Below are positions 57,583-64,000 of a stretch of 64,000 nt of DNA, piece by piece. The notes below the pieces were generated by a model. That model saw nothing but the letters and a program-made list of their open reading frames with translations, was not told the origin of the DNA and did no database searches. This DNA is from Gemmatimonadaceae bacterium (GTDB taxonomy: Bacteria > Gemmatimonadota > Gemmatimonadetes > Gemmatimonadales > Gemmatimonadaceae). A program made the translations under genes and the position numbers. Each line of letters starts with the position of its first letter. Positions within the stretch are counted from its first letter, which is position 1. The DNA lies in the NCBI GenBank assembly GCA_044224875.1, contig JBGAJQ010000002.1:152185-216184 (forward strand), written 5' to 3'.

Positions 57583-58377
57583 ATGCAGCGACGCCTATGT
57601 TGGCAGGTAGCACTCCTACTCCTCACCATGGCGCGGCCGGCCACGGCACAGCGCACCGAGACCGGCTTTCTGAATCGTACCGCGACCGTCGGTGCGCAGG
57701 CCTATCGCTATCAGGTGTACGTGCCGGCCGACTATTCGCCTAACGTCGCATGGCCGGTCATCCTCTTCCTGCACGGTGCAGGCGAGCGCGGTTCCGACGG
57801 GCTGTTGCAGACCAACGTCGGGTTGGCCACGGCCATCCGAAACACCCCGTCGCGTGTGCCGGCGATTGTGGTGTTCCCCCAGGTCCCGGTGGATTCGCAG
57901 TGGGTGGGAGCCCCCGGTGAGGCGGCTATGGTTGCGCTCCGTCAAACCATGTCCGAGTATCGTACGGACGCCGAGCGGGTGTACCTGACGGGGTTGTCGA
58001 TGGGAGGCCACGGCACGTGGTATCTGGCGTATCGCAATCCCAACGTCTTCGCCGCCGTGGTACCGATCTGCGGCTGGGTACCGGACTTTGCACAGTTCAA
58101 GGGCTCCGTTCCCGTTGTACCTGCTGACAGCGGTGCTCCTCTACCCGCGTTGGCCCGTCAGCTCAAGCGAGTGCCCATCTGGATCTTCCACGGCGAGATG
58201 GACCCCGTGGTGGCGGTGAGCGGATCGCGTGATCCGAATGTCGCCCTCAAGGACGCCGGTGCCAATGTGAAGTACACGGAATACATGGGGCTCGGCCACA
58301 ACACGTGGGACGCGACGTATGGCTCGAAGGAGTTCCTGGACTGGTTGTTTGCCCAGCGACGAGGGAAGCGGCCGTAG
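57583..58377 (+). CDS. Secreted esterase/peptidase (alpha/beta hydrolase)
   Basis: ILFLHGAGERG, YLTGLSMGG, WIFHGEMD, GHNTW. Confidence 0.9.
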   Translation: MQRRLCWQVALLLLTMARPATAQRTETGFLNRTATVGAQAYRYQVYVPADYSPNVAWPVILFLHGAGERGSDGLLQTNVGLATAIRNTPSRVPAIVVFPQVPVDSQWVGAPGEAAMVALRQTMSEYRTDAERVYLTGLSMGGHGTWYLAYRNPNVFAAVVPICGWVPDFAQFKGSVPVVPADSGAPLPALARQLKRVPIWIFHGEMDPVVAVSGSRDPNVALKDAGANVKYTEYMGLGHNTWDATYGSKEFLDWLFAQRRGKRP

Positions 58378-58525
58378 AGCAGGGCGTCCGCCGTCGCTGC
58401 TGACGGTCGGGGAGCCGCATGGGTCTCCTCGTCGACGTGATTTTCGCCGGATGTTAGACACGCTCGTCTACGCACCGTCGACGCAGCCGACCTGTCGTTA
58501 GGATCGTGTTGACTCCGTCGTTGAC

Positions 58526-58810
58526 TCAGGCGGCGGTGTCGCAGTCCGCCGCTTCGTATTCGCGCCGACGCGCAAGCTCCAGGATTCGTAGCGCGGCGCT
58601 CGTTCGACTGTGGACGCCGAGCTTGATGTAAATGTGTTCCACATGGCGACGGGCGGTGTGCAAGGAGACCCCCAAGCGTGTCGCGATGACCTTGATGGGC
58701 TGCCCGTCGAGAATCAGGATGGCGACCTCGCTTTGGCGCGGCGTGAGGCCGGGAACGGAGTCGGCGGGAATCAAGAACGGTTGTGGAAAACGTGTGTCGC
58801 GCAGGTTCAT
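58526..58810 (-). CDS. Stand-alone LuxR-type HTH regulator
   Basis: LTPRQSEVA...IATRLGVSLHTARRHVEHIYIKLGVHSR. Confidence 0.85.
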   Translation of the reverse strand: MNLRDTRFPQPFLIPADSVPGLTPRQSEVAILILDGQPIKVIATRLGVSLHTARRHVEHIYIKLGVHSRTSAALRILELARRREYEAADCDTAA

Positions 58811-59125
58811 GGCCGTTGAGGGATACCGGTGGGGGTGGAATGACGGGCCGCCCCGTCGTCAGCACGACGGCCTCAGAGCCCCGTTTGAGATTTCCCGTCG
58901 GCGACCCGTCATCTGATAGACGGAACCGCGAACCGGAATTCCCGCAGCCATGTCGCGGTTTCTCCAGTCGCATGAAGGCCCGTGAGCTAGGGTGACTCGT
59001 GCACGTACGCCTACCCGGCGAGAAGAGACAACCCTTGCCGGACAGAAGGTGACTGGCCGTACGAGTTGTGCCTGCGCCTTGCTCAGGTGGTGTGATGTAG
59101 GACGCGTGCTGCGGAACCGGCCCGG

Positions 59126-60151
59126 TTATCGGCGCTCGACCAGACGCCGCCGCCAGCGACCCGGCGATTCACCCGTCCAGCGCCGGAAGGCGCGGTTGAA
59201 CGCACTCTGCTCACTGAAGCCCAGCAGCACGGCCACCTCGGAGACGGAGACGCGCGGATCGTTCAGGTAGCCTTCGGCGAGCTGACCGCGCACGGACTCC
59301 GAGAGGTCCCTGAAGGTCGTCCCCGACGTGATGAGCTTTCGCTGGAGCGTCCGCACGCTCACGTTCAGCTGGCGGGCCACGGCCTCCGCCGTGCTCCCCT
59401 CGGCGAGCGTGGATGTGATCGCCCGCTTCACGTCCTCGGTAAAGCCGCTGGCCGGGGCCGATGGGCGCTGGGCAAGGATGCGCGCGTGATCCTCCAGCAA
59501 GGCCACCAGCGCCGCATCCCCGTTCACCGTCGGCTCGTGCCAGGCCACGTCGGTGATGCACAGCCGGTCGTCGGCTGCACCGAAGTGCACCGGGGCGCGG
59601 AACACCATGTGGTATGGCTCGCGGTTGGGAGGCTCGGGCTGACGAAGCTCCACTCGGTGAACGTCCAGGGCGGGGCAGATGCGCTGGCGAATGCGGCTCA
59701 CCAACGCCGCAAACACGTAGTCCACGTACACCGGGGGCACGGCGCCGCCATCCAGTCTCGTTAGGGTCACGAAGCGGTGGCCATCGTGCTGCGTCACCTC
59801 CAGCACCGCGGTCTCGGCGATGAGGCTGAAGAAGCGCGCGAAGCGATCGATGCCGTCGCCCACGGTGGTGGACGCGGCCACCAGGTAGTCGATGATGCGA
59901 TACGCGCCGAACGGCAGGATGGCCGGCGCGACCAGCTGGAGCGTTGGGTCGCCCGTCCGCTGCCGGAGCGTATTCCAGAGACTGATCACGGTCGGCGCCG
60001 GCAGTCGCGCGTCCGGGGTCTCCAGCGCCTCCCAGCTCAGCCCCGCATCGTCCAGCAGGTCCGTCACCTCCACCCCGCGGGACATTGCCGTGCGGAGCAT
60101 GGCCAGCGTACTGGTCACGGCGATGGTGGGCGTGGGCGTCGGCTTCAACAT
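59126..60151 (-). CDS. AraC-family transcriptional regulator
   Basis: SVRTLQRKL, VAVLLGFSEQSAFNRAFRRWTGESP. Confidence 0.93.
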   Translation of the reverse strand: MLKPTPTPTIAVTSTLAMLRTAMSRGVEVTDLLDDAGLSWEALETPDARLPAPTVISLWNTLRQRTGDPTLQLVAPAILPFGAYRIIDYLVAASTTVGDGIDRFARFFSLIAETAVLEVTQHDGHRFVTLTRLDGGAVPPVYVDYVFAALVSRIRQRICPALDVHRVELRQPEPPNREPYHMVFRAPVHFGAADDRLCITDVAWHEPTVNGDAALVALLEDHARILAQRPSAPASGFTEDVKRAITSTLAEGSTAEAVARQLNVSVRTLQRKLITSGTTFRDLSESVRGQLAEGYLNDPRVSVSEVAVLLGFSEQSAFNRAFRRWTGESPGRWRRRLVERR

Positions 60152-60159
60152 TGGCGCCA

Positions 60160-60188
60160 ATGGTCACAAAGTCGGCGCGGAGTGTCAA
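60160..60188 (-). promoter_or_regulatory. Candidate sigma-70 promoter for the AraC gene
   Basis: Minus strand TTGACA, 17 bp, GACCAT with an extended TG, 8 nt before ATG 60151. Confidence 0.55.
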
Positions 60189-60326
60189 CACCGCGTAGGC
60201 CGGGGAGTCGTACCAACCCTTCAGAAGCCGCGACAGATAAGCCAGGCCGGCTTCACCCGGTCCCATGAGACGGGTCACGAATCGCAGGGCGTACCCCACC
60301 ACCTTCACTTCGATCGGAGTGATCCG

Positions 60327-61142
60327 ATGTCACACTTCAATTCCAAGACTCTCGCTTTGGCGCTCGCCATCAGCGTCGTGCCGTCCCTGACCTACGCGCA
60401 GGCCGATCACCCCGTCCTCCACGTCAATCCCAGGTGGAAAGAGTGTTCGATCCAGTTGGACCCGTCACTCACCCAAGCCGCCTGGCGGCAGTTCACGCAG
60501 GAGGCTGGCCTGGTCGCCTACTTCCGCCCCCTGACTGATGCTCGTCCCATGGGACGGGGGAAATTTGAGCTGTCCGCCCTGCAATGGCAGACATCCATCG
60601 ATGATCACCAGTCCGCGTGGAACGACACCTTCGTCCATCCCGACTCGGCGCACTGGCTGACGGAGGAAAGCGGATTGGCTTTCCCCGGTCTTACCCTGCG
60701 TGCCGGCGTGACGGATCGCGTCGACGTGGGCGGGTACTTCACCAAGAATCCGCAGGCGAACTACGGCTTCTATGGGGGTCAGGTGCAGTACAACGCCGTC
60801 AGGAACAACGCACGGAACTGGGGTGTGGCCGCGCGCCTGAGTTTCGTTTCGCTGTACGGCCCGGACGATGTGAACCTCACGGTATTCGGCTGGGACCTCC
60901 TGGCAAGCAAGGACTACACCGTGTCACGGCGCTGGCTCACCATCTCGCCGTACGCCGGGGTGTCGTCGTACCTCTCCAGCTCGCATGAGAAGTCCGCTGC
61001 CGTGCAGCTGGCGGACGAGAATGTGGGTGGCTCGCAGGCGATGATCGGCGCCGTTGCCAAGGTCTCTGTCCTGCGCATCGGCATGGAGTACAACACCGCC
61101 AAGGTCCATTCGCGTTCCCTGAAGGTGGGTGTGGCCTTCTGA
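60327..61142 (+). CDS. Secreted, probably outer-membrane beta-barrel, hypothetical protein
   Basis: GGAG RBS, signal peptide ending YAQ, amphipathic strands, terminal Phe (KVGVAF). Divergent from the AraC gene. Confidence 0.75.
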   Translation: MSHFNSKTLALALAISVVPSLTYAQADHPVLHVNPRWKECSIQLDPSLTQAAWRQFTQEAGLVAYFRPLTDARPMGRGKFELSALQWQTSIDDHQSAWNDTFVHPDSAHWLTEESGLAFPGLTLRAGVTDRVDVGGYFTKNPQANYGFYGGQVQYNAVRNNARNWGVAARLSFVSLYGPDDVNLTVFGWDLLASKDYTVSRRWLTISPYAGVSSYLSSSHEKSAAVQLADENVGGSQAMIGAVAKVSVLRIGMEYNTAKVHSRSLKVGVAF

Positions 61143-61205
61143 CGTCGCACCATCGTCCACCTCACGCCAACCGTCGGCGTTGGGGTGGACCCGCTGGGCC
61201 CAGCG

Positions 61206-61236
61206 TTGCCGAAGGTCGCCAAAAGGCTAAGCTGCC
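61206..61236 (+). promoter_or_regulatory. Second copy of the 56820 promoter-like sequence, with no gene downstream
   Basis: TTGCCG, 16 bp, TAAGCT. Shares an identical 14-mer aaggctaagctgcc with 56838-56851. Confidence 0.45.
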
Positions 61237-61263
61237 ACTAACGACGGCGCACAGCGCAACAAG

Positions 61264-62688
61264 CTACGCTTGTCCCGGGAACGAGTATCTCCCTTCCTTG
61301 ACCCGCCTCGCCACTTCAGCGAAATAGCGCGTCACATCCCGCGCGAACAGCTCAAACGAACCAACACGCGATCGCTCCCGCTGATACCGCTCCATCTCCC
61401 GCACCAACCCGCGCGTCCAGGCAAATCCCGCACCCTCCTGTAGAGCGACCTCACGCTCCAGCGTCGCGCTCTGGTCGTCGCTCTTTGCCACCAGATACTC
61501 GATCGCCGCCGCGCGCACGAGTGACTCGTAGAGCAAAAAGCGCCAGTTGTCATAGAACGTGCCTTTCACCCGAGAACGCACCCACGGGTGTGCCCAGATC
61601 GTTTCCGCCGAGCCGCGCAGCGAGTCGACCTGCAGGTCCACGAGCTGATTGGTGTAGGCATGGACCATCTCATGAAGCATCGTACGCGGCACCCAGTCCA
61701 CTCCATCAGCCACCGGTAGTCCTTCCGCATCGTAGCTGCGCGGCACAATGATCGTATGCGTGTTCCGACGCTCCCCGCCAAAGTTCACGCGTATGTAGTC
61801 GCCAGCTCCAAGCCCCAACAGTGAGACGACTGCCGAATACGACTCGGTGGGCGCAGTCCGAAAGAACCCCGCGAGCCACGCATCGTCTACCGGTTTGAGC
61901 CGGCGGCGGAATGCCTCATCCACCTCGGCGAAGTACCTCTGCTGCGAGGCAAAGAACGCATCAGCGTGTGAATCGGCGTAGAACCGGCGCAGCAAGGTGA
62001 GGACATCGTCCTTGAGCAACGCGCGGTCATCCCATCCGTCGGCGCTATCTGTGGCCGACTGGGGGACAAGCGGCTCGAAGCCCGGAGCGGGGCCGATGTG
62101 CAGCGCGAGTGACGGGATTTCCCACGAACCGAGGTTTCCGTCATTCTTCGCAGCGCCGTCGATGAGTGTCTTGAGCCGCTTGATGAACGGATGACTCTCG
62201 TACCGGGAGAAGTGTTCGCGTGCTGCCACTGCATAGGCCCTGGGCACGGAGTCATTGGCGATGCCGTGTTGCGCCAGCCGAAAGGCGATGCCGAGTATCT
62301 CCATGCGGACGTCGACGCGTGGCGAGCAGCTGGGGCACTCGGTGGTCGCCGCCTGGGCCTTGGACGAGAGCAGGCACGCGTGCGCGGCAACCACCAGTTG
62401 CAACCAACGATGCCTGGCAGAGCGCTCGGCAGATGCACGACACGACGCATGTCGCGCGCTGACAGTTGTGCGCCGCCATTCGGTTCGGATATTCGTGGAA
62501 CCCACGCCGTCCACTCCACTGCGAGAGCGCACGACGATTTCCAACGAAGCCCAGTCGCGCAACGGCCATTTGGCCGCGTGCGATAGGGCCAATCCTCGAG
62601 CGACAGATGCTCGTTTGCTGGCTTTTTGTAAGCCAATCCGCCAATTTGCGTCGCAATATGGCGACTGTGCCGCGGTTTTTCCGCTCAC
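61264..62688 (-). CDS. DUF4932-like secreted protein with a zincin HExxH motif
   Basis: VDVRMEILGIAFRLA, HF..YESHP, RRFYADS, LHEMVHAYTN, YESLVRA. The true start is probably near 62400-62460. Confidence 0.75.
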   Translation of the reverse strand: MSGKTAAQSPYCDANWRIGLQKASKRASVARGLALSHAAKWPLRDWASLEIVVRSRSGVDGVGSTNIRTEWRRTTVSARHASCRASAERSARHRWLQLVVAAHACLLSSKAQAATTECPSCSPRVDVRMEILGIAFRLAQHGIANDSVPRAYAVAAREHFSRYESHPFIKRLKTLIDGAAKNDGNLGSWEIPSLALHIGPAPGFEPLVPQSATDSADGWDDRALLKDDVLTLLRRFYADSHADAFFASQQRYFAEVDEAFRRRLKPVDDAWLAGFFRTAPTESYSAVVSLLGLGAGDYIRVNFGGERRNTHTIIVPRSYDAEGLPVADGVDWVPRTMLHEMVHAYTNQLVDLQVDSLRGSAETIWAHPWVRSRVKGTFYDNWRFLLYESLVRAAAIEYLVAKSDDQSATLEREVALQEGAGFAWTRGLVREMERYQRERSRVGSFELFARDVTRYFAEVARRVKEGRYSFPGQA

Positions 62689-62689
62689 C

Positions 62690-62980
62690 TGCCGGGGCCG
62701 ACGTCGAGCTGTCGTACTGGCGCACGCGATCGGGCGTGGAAGTGGACTTCATCCTGTGTGGCGTGACACCTTCTGGGCGGTGGTGGTGAAGAACGCGAGA
62801 ACTGTGCGGACCGCCGACGTGCGTGCGTTGCGCGCGTTCGTGAGTGACTACCCGGAGGCAAAACCACTGCTCCTTCACCGCGGTGAGCATCGCGAAGTGG
62901 TACACGACGTGTTGTGTGTCCCGGTCGGGGAGTTCCTGCGAGTGCTGCATCCGGAACATCCGTTCTTCGACTCGGACTAA
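62690..62980 (+). pseudogene. 3' remnant of an AAA-ATPase/DUF4143 gene
   Basis: LSYWRTRSGVEVDFI, a frameshift near 62760, then FWAVVVKNAR...LRAFVSDYPEA. The ATPase part is absent and the expected E-x-K reads V-V-K. Confidence 0.75.
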
Positions 62981-63139
62981 AAGCACGGCCCCGCGCCATG
63001 GCCAACACAAACTCCTGGCGACTGCGCGAAATGGACGGTTTGTGACGCCACGGACTACTCGCCGATCAAGTGACGTCGACTGGGGAGTCCGTGATACAAT
63101 CGCTGGACCACCCCATGTCGGCGGGCTAACGGCGCGCCG

Positions 63140-63906
63140 TCACTTTTCCGCGACCAACTGTCGAAAGCGTGAGTGACTCCTCACTGGATCCCAGAGCGGA
63201 TCGAGGCGAAGCTCGGCCGGGGACATCCCGAAGTACGTCGGCATAGCCGCGAGCCGCACGAGCAGGTCGACTGCGGCATCGACTTCGCCGATATGCATGA
63301 ACGTGATGGCGGCGTGGTGCATCATCAGCGGTGCGAACAACGCGTCCCGCCTCACCGGGGTCAGCTCCATCCCGAGCCGCGCTTGCTTCGTCGCATCCGC
63401 CTTGCGGCCCAAACCGGCATATGCCATCCCCAGCATTGCGTGCAAGCGGGCGCGCATCGAATCGCGCACCGCGGCGCCCTCGAGGATCTGGCTTTGCCGG
63501 CGATCCAGCATCGTGAGGCGATCGAGCGCGTCGTTGAGCTCGGTCACTCCTTCCAGCCCCTCATCCGACACCCAGATCGCTTCGTTCAGCTCAATCGGCG
63601 CTTGCCCGCCGCCGCGTTTCGCTGCCTCGCGCGGTCGACGAGGAGGTTGCGCATGACGCGCGATGCGAGCGCCAGAAAGCGCGCACGATCCGGCAGGTCG
63701 AGATGGGAAGCATCCGCCAGACGGAGATATGCCTCGTGGACGAGCGCCGTCGTGTTCAGCGTCCGTTCGGCGGGCGCGCCGCGAAGACGTCGGTGTGCGA
63801 GCTGCCGCAGCTCGTCATAGACGAGCGGTATCAGCTCGTCGCAGGCATCCTGATTCCCTTCGCTCCAGCGCCTGAGCAATTGGGTGGCGTGCGACGTATC
63901 TGCCAT
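63140..63906 (-). pseudogene. Frameshifted ECF sigma gene fused by deletion to the C-terminus of a kinase-TPR gene
   Basis: LVYDELRQLA...TTALVHEAYLRL...LVDRAR, frameshift near 63625, AAKRGGG...ELNDALDRL...QILE, then an abrupt switch to LGMAYAGLGR...LRLDPLWDPVRSHSRF. Confidence 0.8.
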
Positions 63907-64000
63907 GGAGGCCTCTCAGGAAGGGCCCGTTGAGGAATCCTATGGCGTCCGTCTGTCACCGTCTGTAGGGCATCCGCCGGTCGAACGAAGGACGAGCGCC

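Overview
A GC-rich (about two-thirds GC by eye), gene-dense bacterial window. Its gene content (ADOP-type orphan ABC permeases, Ser/Thr kinase-TPR proteins, kinase-linked ECF sigma factors, HEAT-repeat modules, many lipoproteins) suggests Gemmatimonadota or a similar soil lineage; this is inference. I found no rRNA, tRNA, CRISPR array, integrase or transposase. All family assignments come from motif recognition by eye, not database searches. Main blocks: (1) a minus-strand copper operon: a small Cys/His-rich leader ending in NGPP, then mbnP, mbnH, copC and a cytochrome c cut by the window edge and absent from the ORF track; (2) PadR plus ADOP permease; (3) arsC followed by half an aquaporin; (4) ECF sigma plus Ser/Thr kinase; (5) a NarL-type two-component system divergent from two paralogous hydrolases; (6) a structured 5' leader with a perfect 7-nt loop-loop (kissing) match ahead of a DUF4287/SRPBCC-like gene with a basic N-terminal helix, the best candidate for an undescribed system; (7) a peptidase/Tat-aminotransferase/regulator/P450/ferredoxin/panB run; (8) ECF/anti-sigma/two HEAT-repeat genes; (9) a redox glycoside-cleavage-like cluster; (10) an EXORDIUM/Phi-1-like lipoprotein; (11) a decaying accessory end region with a DUF5674 gene pair, twin promoters and two pseudogenes.
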